Below, piece by piece: positions 9,347-20,200 of a stretch of DNA of 64,000 nt. Position 1 is the stretch's first letter. Each line of letters opens with the position of its first letter. A program made the translations under genes and the position numbers. The notes beneath the pieces are model-generated. The model ran no database searches. It worked only from the letters and a program-made list of their open reading frames with translations, and had not been told where the DNA came from. The stretch lies in NCBI GenBank assembly GCA_016212475.1, contig JACRGC010000016.1, positions 9,824-73,823 of the forward strand. Reading direction: 5' to 3'. The stretch is from Candidatus Micrarchaeota archaeon (GTDB taxonomy: Archaea; Micrarchaeota; Micrarchaeia; Norongarragalinales; SBBD01).

Positions 9347-10945
9347 ATGAGCGAAGCCAGTGACAAAATCATAACTGAAATTTACGAGGAGATGACCGAA
9401 AACCCAAATCTTACCTCGCACGAGCTGATGCTACTTAAAAACAAGCTCGCAAAGCGCTATCATCAAGCGCAGGTTGTTAAAAATCCCCAAATTTATGAAA
9501 AGCTGGAAAAGGATGGCAAACTTACTCCGGAACTAAAAAAAGCCCTCAAAATCAAGCACATCCGCGCGCTTTCAGGCATTTCAAACATTGCAATCATGAC
9601 AGCTCCGCTGCCCTGCCCTGGAAAATGCATCTACTGCCCCGGCGGCCCGGAGTACAATTCCCCAAAAGCCTACACCGGAAAAGAGCCTGCTGCCAGGCGC
9701 GCAGAACAAAACGGATTTTCCTCCTATCGCCAAGTCGAATCGCGCCTTCGGCAATTTGAAATTATCGGCCATAGCGCGGAAAAAAACGAGCTGATCGTGC
9801 AAGGCGGGACAATTAATGCCCTTCCGCTCAATTACCAATTGAATTTCATCAAGGGCGCCTACGATGCATTCAATGACAAAGTTTGCGCAACGCTTGAAGA
9901 ATCAATCAAAATGAACGAAACTTCCAAACACCGTGTAATTGGGCTAACAATTGAAACCCGCCCCGATTATTGCGCGCCTGGCCAGGTCTCAAAGCTATTG
10001 GAATTTGGGACAACCAGAATTGAGCTTGGAGTGCAAAGCCTTGATGATAAGATAATGAAACTAACTAAAAGGGGGCATGATGTTGGGGCAGTTAGAACTG
10101 CAACGCGCACATGCAAAGACGCCCTCCTAAAAGTTTGCTACCACATGATGCCTGGCCTTTTTGCAACCCCAGAAGAAGACATTGGCTATTTCAAGACGCT
10201 TTTTTCGGATCCGGATTTCAAGCCCGACATGCTGAAAATTTACCCAACACTTGTAATGCCCGGAACCGAGCTTTATGAAATGTGGAAAAAGGGAAAATAC
10301 CATCCATACAATGCGGATGATGCAGCCAAGGTCATTGCGCAGGCCAAGCGCTACATCCCCGAATACTGCAGAGTTATGCGTGTAAACCGTGACATCCCAT
10401 CCAACCTCATTGCCGATGGAGTCCTAAAAAGCAACCTGCGCGAATTGGTTGAAAAGGAGGCGAAAAGAAGCGGGATCAAATGCCGCTGCATAAGGTGCAG
10501 GGAAATTGGCATTAAAATGCTAAAGGAGCGAATCAAGCCCGATTTTGATTCGATGGAACTGGTTAGGCGGGACTACGATGCTTCAAAGGGAAAAGAAATT
10601 TTCCTAAGCTTTGAAGACAAAACCAATGACGCACTTGTCGGTTTTATCCGCATAAGAAAGCCATCAAGCAAATTTTTCAGGCCCGAAATGAATGAAAATA
10701 CAATCGGAATCCGCGAACTCCATGTTTATGGCGAACAATTGCCCCTTGGAAAGAAGGAGTGGGAAAAATTCAAGGCAGTCCAGCACGGCGGGGTTGGAGC
10801 AAATCTTCTTCGGGAAGCCGAGCGCATTGCAAAAGAAGAATGGGGCGCCGAAAAGATGCTCATAATTTCAGGAGTTGGGGTTAGGCAATACTACGAAAAA
10901 ACAGGATACAAATTGGAAGGGGTTTACATGTCAAAGAAGCTCTAA
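9347..10945 (+). CDS. elp3: Elp3 tRNA uridine(34) acetyltransferase (radical SAM + GNAT)
   Basis: CPGKCIYCP, QGGT, IETRPDY, LKIYPT, CRCIRCRE, IRELHVYG, QHGGVG, ISGVGVRQYY. Confidence 0.95.
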   Translation: MSEASDKIITEIYEEMTENPNLTSHELMLLKNKLAKRYHQAQVVKNPQIYEKLEKDGKLTPELKKALKIKHIRALSGISNIAIMTAPLPCPGKCIYCPGGPEYNSPKAYTGKEPAARRAEQNGFSSYRQVESRLRQFEIIGHSAEKNELIVQGGTINALPLNYQLNFIKGAYDAFNDKVCATLEESIKMNETSKHRVIGLTIETRPDYCAPGQVSKLLEFGTTRIELGVQSLDDKIMKLTKRGHDVGAVRTATRTCKDALLKVCYHMMPGLFATPEEDIGYFKTLFSDPDFKPDMLKIYPTLVMPGTELYEMWKKGKYHPYNADDAAKVIAQAKRYIPEYCRVMRVNRDIPSNLIADGVLKSNLRELVEKEAKRSGIKCRCIRCREIGIKMLKERIKPDFDSMELVRRDYDASKGKEIFLSFEDKTNDALVGFIRIRKPSSKFFRPEMNENTIGIRELHVYGEQLPLGKKEWEKFKAVQHGGVGANLLREAERIAKEEWGAEKMLIISGVGVRQYYEKTGYKLEGVYMSKKL

Positions 10946-10979
10946 TGGGGCATTTGCCACTTGAAGAGGTATATATGAA

Positions 10980-11396
10980 TTATCTAATTATTTCAATTCC
11001 CTTGAATTTTGAAAAATCATCATCCCATGTGAAAATTTGCTTCTCTCCGTGCCGATCCATTATTGCGCAAATAAGTGCATCGTTGAAATCAGAGCCGTTT
11101 TCAATTGCCTTGAATATTGCAATCTCGGCATCCTCCTTTTCTGCGGAGGCTATCTCAAAATTTTGTTCTTCGAATAGGCTCCGTATGATTTTATTTGCTG
11201 TTTCCCTTGGGAGTTTTTTCTTTACAAAGTTGGCAAATTCCACGATAACTGGCATTGGCAAAAGAAGCCGTTTCCTTTCTGCAATTAGGGATTTTAGTCT
11301 TATCCTGGTTTTTCCAGCTGTGTTTTTAATGCGCTTATCCGCATCCGGCAAATCCAGGACGTAGTATATAAGGACATTAGTATCTATTGCGACCAT
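10980..11396 (-). CDS. vapC: PIN-domain VapC-type toxin
   Basis: IDTNVLI, E, DFNDALICA, IFTWDDDF. Confidence 0.88.
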   Translation of the reverse strand: MVAIDTNVLIYYVLDLPDADKRIKNTAGKTRIRLKSLIAERKRLLLPMPVIVEFANFVKKKLPRETANKIIRSLFEEQNFEIASAEKEDAEIAIFKAIENGSDFNDALICAIMDRHGEKQIFTWDDDFSKFKGIEIIR

Positions 11397-11647
11397 AATT
11401 CATCTTCAACCGCTTTTGCTAGAACGCCGTCAATGTCCTCCAAATCCTCCCGATTCAGCTTGACCGTTCCCATATGCTTCATGAATGCGCCCGGTTTTTT
11501 TTGCATTATTTCAATCCTTCCGTCCTCTTTCCTAATCAAAGTGACTGCGTTTGAATAGCCCCTCCTCCATTTTGCCGGAAGCACAATCCTTCCAAGGACG
11601 TCTATGTTTCGGTTTATCACGTTTCCAAATTCTCCCATTTTTACCAC
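11384..11647 (-). CDS. AbrB/MazE/MraZ-type DNA-binding antitoxin
   Basis: RNIDVLGRIVLPAKWRR swapped-hairpin motif; overlaps the start of the PIN gene. Confidence 0.8.
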   Translation of the reverse strand: MVKMGEFGNVINRNIDVLGRIVLPAKWRRGYSNAVTLIRKEDGRIEIMQKKPGAFMKHMGTVKLNREDLEDIDGVLAKAVEDELWSQ

Positions 11648-11729
11648 ATATTAGCTATAATTGGCAAAATTAATAAATATTGGCAATTTATGGATTTTTT
11701 ACCAATCCGTGTTCCTTTTGCCCTCCTTC

Positions 11730-12851
11730 CTAAATCCAATACCCGAGTTTCCCTTCGCCGGTGATTTCAGCAGATCCAATCGCATTGTATTTCTTATCCC
11801 CAATCACAACTTCGGCATTGCAAAAGTAAGTCGAATAGTCGATATCCGTTTTCAGGATCATCCTTGCCAGCTTAATCCCCTTGATTGGATGCAAATCTAT
11901 CTCGAATTTTGGGGTGATCTTAAGCTCGATTTTCCCAGTTGTGCTTTTGACCGAAAGCAGGGGCGTTTTTGGCGATTCCCACTTAAGCTTGATGTCGGCG
12001 TCCGTAAAAACCTCGGCTTCACCGCTGTTTGGGTCAAAAGAAATCAATTGCAGATATAGCGGAATATTGATTTTCCCCTTCTGGAAAAAGAAATGCATGA
12101 AGCTGATGATTTTTTCGATCCTTTGCTCATCTTCCGTAAAGCAATCCAAAACGCTCCAATGCCACCCTTCCGAAATCATGGGCGTTTTCAAATGGATATT
12201 CTCATTATAGCAAAAATTGCTCTGGATGTTTTTTCCAATCAGCTCTTCAAGCTCGCCCAAATGAAAAACAGAAATATCCCCCTTCCCTTCGATATTGAGG
12301 GTCCCTTTGCAGGGCGAAATCATCCAAAACGCAAGCAGATGCTCGAATTGCCTGAAAATGCACCTGAACTTGCTCATCTCATCCGAAATCTTTGTAAACT
12401 TGTAGGTGAATTTAATTTCGCCGGATTTTCCCTCATCTGTTTTCCTAAAGGTTGCAACCACTTCATATTCCGAAGGAAGCCCCGCCCATGAAAGTTCGCG
12501 TTTTTCTTCCTTGATTTCAAACTTTCCGCTTGAAAATTTTGCCGAATCATTGCAAAACCCATCCCCGATCCTGTAGGTTTTGCCCTTGTACCTAAGCTCG
12601 TGAAACAAGGATTTTTGCATATCATCAAATCCAATTGTTATGAATGCCGAAAGGTCCTTGGTTGTGATATTTGCATAAATCCAGCCTCGATCATTAGTCT
12701 TTTTTGGATCCGAAAAAAGCTTTTCTTGAGTAAACAAGTTGTCATACTTGTTCGTATCCTCCAATTTCAATTTTGATTTCCCGTCAAAATAATGGACCAT
12801 GATCTGCTTGTTTGTGAGTTTCATCGAATTCAAATCCTCAATAATAGCCAA
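11730..12851 (-). CDS. Hypothetical beta-rich protein (possibly AttH/tocopherol-cyclase-like double barrel)
   Basis: Long ORF; RGWIY, GWHWS and C-terminal G-AE pattern loosely match that fold; start uncertain. Confidence 0.55.
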   Translation of the reverse strand: MAIIEDLNSMKLTNKQIMVHYFDGKSKLKLEDTNKYDNLFTQEKLFSDPKKTNDRGWIYANITTKDLSAFITIGFDDMQKSLFHELRYKGKTYRIGDGFCNDSAKFSSGKFEIKEEKRELSWAGLPSEYEVVATFRKTDEGKSGEIKFTYKFTKISDEMSKFRCIFRQFEHLLAFWMISPCKGTLNIEGKGDISVFHLGELEELIGKNIQSNFCYNENIHLKTPMISEGWHWSVLDCFTEDEQRIEKIISFMHFFFQKGKINIPLYLQLISFDPNSGEAEVFTDADIKLKWESPKTPLLSVKSTTGKIELKITPKFEIDLHPIKGIKLARMILKTDIDYSTYFCNAEVVIGDKKYNAIGSAEITGEGKLGYWI

Positions 12852-12946
12852 AAGTTCGTTTTCTTTGAATCAGAACTATACCTATCTAATTCAAGAAGTT
12901 TTATTATCCTTGCTTTGAATAATTCAATACCAATAAGGTGACAATT

Positions 12947-13267
12947 ATGCAAAAATACGTTTATTCGGTTGAAGGGAAGGATTATGGGAAGCTCAAGGAT
13001 ATAGTCGCAGCTGATCCATACGCAAAGGATTCATTTGTTGTAGCGGGCTACACTCTAAAGGAAAGCAAGCCTCTTGGCCTAAAAGGCGGGCTTTACATAC
13101 TGTTTTTCAAAACCGCAGATGCAGACCTGGCGCAAAAGCTGATCGCAAGAATAAAGCCTCTTCCTTCACTTAAGGAAATGGAAGGAGAAGAAAAGCAAAA
13201 AGTCATCTCCCAAATCGAATCCGAAGAAGATAGCGCAGCATCCGGTTTTGGAAGCATTTTTGGCTAA
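12947..13267 (+). CDS. Hypothetical protein, possibly conserved in archaea
   Basis: GGTGA SD, host-like codon usage, C-terminal AASGFGSIFG. Confidence 0.7.
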   Translation: MQKYVYSVEGKDYGKLKDIVAADPYAKDSFVVAGYTLKESKPLGLKGGLYILFFKTADADLAQKLIARIKPLPSLKEMEGEEKQKVISQIESEEDSAASGFGSIFG

Positions 13268-13340
13268 AATAAGGAAACTGGGCAATTGGTTAGATCATTC
13301 TTAAGTCTTTTCCCACTAGCTTTTTTCCCTTAATTCTATC

Positions 13341-13814
13341 CTAGCCTTGATCTAAAATCGCATCCACATTTCCAAACTTTTTCCCATGTTTTTCCATTGC
13401 CTGCATGATTTCCCAAACCTGCTTTTTAGAAATTATTTTCTTCGCCCAAAACGCCTTTAGCAGCATTGGCAAAGTAAAACAGCTGACCCCAAAATCCGTG
13501 CAAGCCTTTTTCACTGATGGTTCGTCTGTTAGCAGAATAAACCCGTTCGCCTTTGCAATTGCAATATTTTGAATTTCAATTTTCGAAAGTAAATGGCCGT
13601 TCTTGCCCTTTATTTTTTTCATCATCAAATATTCTTTTTTTCCAAGTTTTGATATATGCAAATGATACTTTAATTTCATTCCGTTTTTTTTCATCAAATT
13701 ATTCTCAACATTTGCAATATGGAAATTCGGTTCCCCAAAAAGCTCACTCACAGATGTTATAGCATTGGCCTTTTCAAGGAGAATCAAGAAATTCGCATTT
13801 GAAATAATTTCCAT
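13341..13814 (-). CDS. PIN-like (DUF3368-type) putative toxin
   Basis: IISNANFLI, E...IAIAK, LLTDE...KKAC, LLKA pattern; downstream of an antitoxin-like gene. Confidence 0.7.
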   Translation of the reverse strand: MEIISNANFLILLEKANAITSVSELFGEPNFHIANVENNLMKKNGMKLKYHLHISKLGKKEYLMMKKIKGKNGHLLSKIEIQNIAIAKANGFILLTDEPSVKKACTDFGVSCFTLPMLLKAFWAKKIISKKQVWEIMQAMEKHGKKFGNVDAILDQG

Positions 13815-13818
13815 TCAA

Positions 13819-14127
13819 TCACTTGATTTCCTTTATCCTTTCAAGTTCTTCCTTTTCTCCTTTTGTTTCACGAAAAACTTTGTGGTGCTCCATCAATTTG
13901 TGCAGTTCGTCTACGCTAAGCTCTGCAATTTCAGATGCTTTTCCAATGCTGATTTTTCCCTCTTTTAACAGCTCAATTGCAGCTGCATGCCTAAGGTTTA
14001 CCTTATGTTTGAGCAAATGCCTAAGGGCATCCTTTACAACATCGGATTTGCTCGAATAATGCCCCGCCCTAACAAGGGCGTTTATCTCCTCTTCCATAAG
14101 TCTTGTCAAACTGTATGAAGTTACCAT
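13819..14127 (-). CDS. RHH + UPF0175 family putative antitoxin
   Basis: LVRAGHYSSKSDVVKDALR (RHH) followed by AIELLKEGKISIGKASEIAELS (UPF0175 HTH). Confidence 0.8.
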   Translation of the reverse strand: MVTSYSLTRLMEEEINALVRAGHYSSKSDVVKDALRHLLKHKVNLRHAAAIELLKEGKISIGKASEIAELSVDELHKLMEHHKVFRETKGEKEELERIKEIK

Positions 14128-14275
14128 ATTTTCACCTATAAAACACTATTAACTGTTAATAACAATTAATATATAAAATCATACGTAGCAAGTTGAAAGA
14201 GTTATAAAGGATCTTTGATTGAAAAATATACCCAATTTTCACAGTTTTACTGGTAAGTCCAAGGTTAAATTACCT

Positions 14276-17200
14276 ATGCGCGGAAGAGTCCTCTTACTTG
14301 CCCCATTTGTTCTAGCGGTGCTTTTGCTTTTATCGATTTCCTCAACAATTTCCGGCGATGATTTAAACCAAACGCTTGATTCCAATTCAACAAATTCATC
14401 AATTGGAAATGCAACTATTGTGCCGACTTTTTCCCCAACCCCTTCCGTATCATCAACTCTGGAGCCAACCCCTTCCCCCTCTCCCGCCCCAATCCCTGCA
14501 ATAACCCCCTTACCAACCCCTTCCCCAACAATCGATATTTCTCCTTCACCAACTTTTTCGCCAACACCTACGCAAATATCTGCTCCAACCCCAACAATTG
14601 ATGCATCCCCCTCCCCCACATTTTCACCAACGCCAATTGTTTCAATTATTCCCTCAATTGCACCAACCCCTGCGATTTCGCCATCTCCAGCTGCAACAAT
14701 TTCACCCACTCCAACAAAAGGGCAAAATAATTTGGCAAATTCAGAATTTGGCTCCGGCATATTCCTTCCAATGTCCGGCGATCCAGGCCCAAGCCCGCCA
14801 TCCCCAAACAGCGCTTGTGATGTAGTGACTGCCGATACTACCCTCATTCAAAATATAGCGGCTTCATACACCTGCTACAATATCACTGGAAATAGCTTGA
14901 CATTCGATTGCGCAGGCTACAACATTACCGGAAACGGTTCGGGCTATGCTTTCAACATTTCCTACAAAAACAATATCGTGATAAAAAATTGCATAATCTC
15001 AAATTTCTCGAGGGCAATTTCAGCAGAGAATGCAATCAACCTTGCGTTCATCAACATCACAATTTACAATGTGACCGATTATGGGATTTTCGTAAATGCG
15101 TCGGCCAACACGAACATTTCATCAGTTTCAATCAGTGAATCAAGGCCGGCTGCGATAGCAATTGCAGGCGCAAACCTTACCGGCATTTACCTGCTAAACG
15201 TTTCAAACGGCAACTTTTCCGACATAACAATTCAAAAACTATTCGCCGGTAACACATCGGTAACAAGCCAGCCCGGAGGTTCGGTTGTTGGAATCAGCTA
15301 CCAAGTTTCCCAAAATTCCAATTTCACAAATATTTACATCAGGAATTTAATTCCAGGTAGGGGAATTACCACCCAAACAGCGGCAGCATTTGGGCATTCC
15401 GGAAATGCAACGGGAATATTTGGCTCAAATTTCAATTCTACTATTTTCCAAAACATTTCCATCCATAATCTTTTGGGTTCGCAAGGAAGCAGGGGAAGGA
15501 ACTCAGGAACCGGAGGAGATGGGTCCGAAAGCAGCAATGTAATTGGGTTCTATGCAACAAATGGAGTTAACAGCACCATTTCAAACCTGACAATATCGAA
15601 TCTTTCATCAGGAGTTGGTGGAAATGGCGGGACTGGCAGCTCGGCGGCAGGAGGCGCTGGGGGCAATGCAGGATTTGTATTTGGCATTTACTTCCAAAAT
15701 TCTTTCAACAATTCGATAAAATCCACGACTATTTTGAATTTGACCGGAGAATTTGGTGGAAATGCGGGCGCTGGTGCAACTATTGGGGGTAATGGCGGCA
15801 TAGGCGGCCAGGTATTTTCGATTGGAATTAGGCAATTATCCTACAATATTTCAATCAATGGAATAGATATCCGTTTTGTTCAAGGAGGAACTGGCGGATC
15901 CTTTGGATCTGGTACGCCAGATGGATCCGGCGGATTTGGCGGAAATTCATCTTTCCTCTACATTTCAAATTCTAATGCCACAACTTTTGAAAACGCATAT
16001 GCAAATTCATCCATCGGGGGCGATATGGGTACTTCAGCAGGCGCTGTGCTAGTTCATGGAGGCATTGGCTCAGGAATCTATTTCCACCTTGCAAATTACA
16101 CAAATATCAACAACGCCAGCCTTTACAATATTTCTTCAGGAACGACTGATGTTTTTGGCATGCTTAGGACTTCCGGATTATTTTTTGCAGCAAGCAGTTT
16201 CAACAAAATTACCAATTCAACCATAAAAATCATCGATCACCACCTTGATGCCTTTGATCCACTAACCGATTATTCCATCTATTCCGAAGGAGGTTCAATC
16301 AATAACAACCTTTTGAACTCCAGCTTCAACCGCTCAAACATCGGCTTTTTTGATGCAGCCGGAATCAACAATCTGACAATCTCATGGTTTGCAACTGTAA
16401 ATGTCACCAACGGTTCCGGGCAGGTTGGCAGTGCAAATGTTAGGATTTACAACCAAACAAGCTCAGCAATTCCGATGCTTTTTGCAACAACGGATTCAAA
16501 TGGGCATGTGAATGCAGAAATTGCCGAAATGACTATTTTTGGCTATATCTCATCTGCCAGCTCGTGCAAAGCGCACGTGAACAACACCTGCTTTACAAAC
16601 CATACAATTTCTGTGAATAATTCCGTATATGCTTTTGGAACATCAATTGCCGTCCTGAATTACTCAAAAACCATCCCGATTTTCCTTTGCTCCTCGCTTC
16701 AAAGCAGTACAACCCTCCAAAACAACGTCTCATTCAACGATGTCTGCTTTACCCTGAATGCAAGCAACATAGTTTTGGACTGCGCAAACAATGCAATCAT
16801 CGGCAACCGTTCCGGCTTTTCAATTGGAGTTTATGCGAATTCCAAATCAAATGTAACAATCAAGAACTGTTACATCTCGAATTTTTCAAGCGGCATCATG
16901 GCAAACTATACATCAAGAAGCGTATTTTTAAACAATACCATAATCGATACGGCAATTGTCAAAAATCAGGGAGCAACCGCCTTTGGAATCTACTTCAACA
17001 ATTCCGATTACAACAATCTAACCTCCAATTTCGTCACAAACCTGAATGCAACTGCAATTTCCTCATTAGGATATCCGAACTGCAATACCTCGACAGTGAA
17101 TTCCTTCAGATTCGAAAATTCCTCCCACAATTTTGCAACCAACATAAACGGCTCGCTTTCAAAAGCAAGGGGGTATTCTTCAAGTGAAGGTTCTTGCGCT

Positions 17201-20200
17201 CTTTCATCAACCGGAATTGGGGTCCATGTTATTTATTCAATTAACAATTCGATAAGCTACGGCAAATTTTCCGGGAACAACTACTTAGGCGCATATTTAA
17301 TCTCGACCAATTCGACAATAATTTCGCATTCTGAATTCATGGGGAATCCGACTGCAGGTTTTTCAGCTGAGGATTCCATAAATACAATCATTAATAATGG
17401 AACATTCATGAACAACAATTTTGTCGGAGTTCAGCTAACTGATTTGGCGAATTTCAATATTTCCATCCTCAACAGCAATTTCACTTTTGATAAAGCATCC
17501 ATAACTTCCCCAAACACCACCCTTGACAATAATTTATTCAGTTTTGGGGATCCTGCAATCAAACTCGATAGCGGGTCCAATGGTTTTTGGATTTCCCGAA
17601 ATACAATCCAGCATTCCGTAATAACATCCACAAATTTTGGGAGCCTCTACATCAAAGCGGGAAATTATGGGCATATTATTGACAATTTGATTTACAATAC
17701 AACCAATACCTCTAACATTGAAGTCGGGGCGGTCTATTCCGAGGGGGATTTTAACAATTACACTGGGAACAACATTACGAATTCCTCGGTTTATGGTTTC
17801 TATTTCAGGGGAGCCACAAATAATTTAATTGCAAGCGGGGTAATTTCACAAACAGCTAAAAACGATTCCCATTTTCCAATCCTATCGAGTAATAATGTAT
17901 TCTTGAACATGAGCTTTAATCGCTCAAAAATAACAGCTGCCGGCGGTAGCAATTTAACCATACGATGGTACCTTACATTAAACATTACAAATTCATCCGG
18001 TGGACCAATTCCTGCAGCTTCTGTAAACATAACCAATAATTCCTTCGGTCCAATGTACGCAATTTCAACTAATGCCGATTCAACCGGATATTTGCGGAAC
18101 CAAATCATTACCGAATACATCGTAAACGGTTCCCATGGCTACGATGCGATGTGCCTCAACCAAAACACCGTAAATTGCTACAACCCGCACACATTCCTAA
18201 TCCAAAACCGCTCATTCAACGACAACCAAACCTCATTCAACATAACCTCTTCTTCAACGCTCCAAATAATACTTTACCCTGATTCAACATTCCCATCAAA
18301 TATTACACTTGTTTCCCCAACTCCATTGAATGGTTCTGGCCAGACAGTAAACTGGTTCATTGTCAATTTCACATTCAATGAAACCTACCCCCAAACCTGC
18401 TGGGTTTCCCTAACCAATACAAGCAACCACAACTTGACAATGGCAATGGATGGCAATAGCTGCTACCTAAATGTCACCGGCCAATCCGATGGCTCTTGGA
18501 ATTACACGGTTTTTGTAAACGATTCCGTTGGAAATACCGCATCAAATGGCACGTTTTTCATTGCATTTGATTCAAATGTGCCAACCAACATCCAAACCGT
18601 TTTCCCAACCCTAAATAATGCAACTTATACCTCCCAAAACTGGGTCATTGTAAACACTACCTTTACCGAACTCAACCCCAACAATTGCATTTTGCAATGG
18701 GGCAATGGCACATTCCAAAACCTTTCCATGGCAAGAAGTGGCAATAGCTGCTATCTCAATGTTACCGGCCAAACACAAGGCGTGCATAATTATACTATAA
18801 TTGTAAATGATACCGCCGGCAACTTCGCCCAGAATGGCACGTTTTACATTACAATTGACTTAACCGCCCCGTCCACAATCGAAATAGTTTCTCCAACCCT
18901 TTCAAACGCATCATACACAATTCATAACTGGGTTTACTTCAATGCCACGTTCACGGAAACAAACCCAAACAACTGCATCCTCCAATACAGCAACGGCTCC
19001 CTTGCCAACTATTCGATGACGAGAAGCAATAATAATTGTTATTTGAATCTGACCGGCCAACCAAACGGTGCGCACAATTACACAATAATCGTCAACGATT
19101 CAGCTGGCAACCTTGCCCAAAACGGAACCTTCTTCATCACACTTGACTCAACTCCTCCCTCTGCAATACAAACCGTTTTCCCGACCCTAAATAATGCAAC
19201 TTATACCTCCCAAAACTGGGTCTTCATCAATTCAACTTTCACAGAACTCAACCCCAACAATTGCATTTTGCAATGGGGCAATGGCACATTCCAAAACCTT
19301 TCCATGCAAAGGAGTGCAAACACCTGCTTCCTAAACATCACAACACAACCCGAAGGCATCCACAACTACACAATAATTGTCAACGATTCAGCCGGCAACT
19401 TCGCCCAGAATGGCACATTTTACATTACAATTGACTTAACCGCCCCGTCCACAATCGAAACAGTTTCTCCAACCCTTTCCAATTCATCAGTTACAATTCA
19501 AAATTGGGTTTTCATAAATGCCTCATTCACGGAAACCAACCCCAATAATTGCATCTTGCAATACAGCAACGGCTCACTTGCAAACTATTCCATGGCAAGG
19601 AGCGGAAATAACTGTTATGCAAACCTTACAAACCAGCCCCAAGGAGCACACAATTACACAATTATTGTAAACGACACCTCAGGCAACCTTGCCCAAAACG
19701 GCACATTCTTCATAACAATTGATCAAACCGCCCCATCCCAAATAACTCTTGTTCCTCCATCCCCATCAAACAATTCCCGGATTTACAACGGCTCAGCAAC
19801 AATCAATGCAACCTTCACGGAAGCAAATCCCAACAACTGCCTTCTCCAATACAGCAACGGCTCACTTGCAAATTATTCCATGGCAAGGAGTGGGAACAGC
19901 TGCTATTTTGATTTGACAAATCAGCCAAATGGCAACTGGAACTACACAATAATTGTAAACGATTCCGTTGGCAATCTTGCCCAGAACGGAACTTTCTTCA
20001 TAAGCTTTTGGATCAACACCTCCCTGAATTATTTGCAATCAAACCAATCCTACGATAACAACGGCAAAGTCAACATAACCGCAATATTTTCAAGGAACGA
20101 TAGGCTGAATTTGACCATAGACACAACTCTTGCCAATTTCATCCTTGGAAATGGCACAAACATAACAATAAATGCAAACAACATATCCCTCAACTTTACC

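Noticed and set aside
18281..20008. Repeats as a CRISPR array or DGR template/variable pair
   Set aside because: They are in-frame 96-aa coding units without spacers; differences are not adenine-restricted, and no cas or reverse transcriptase gene is in the window.
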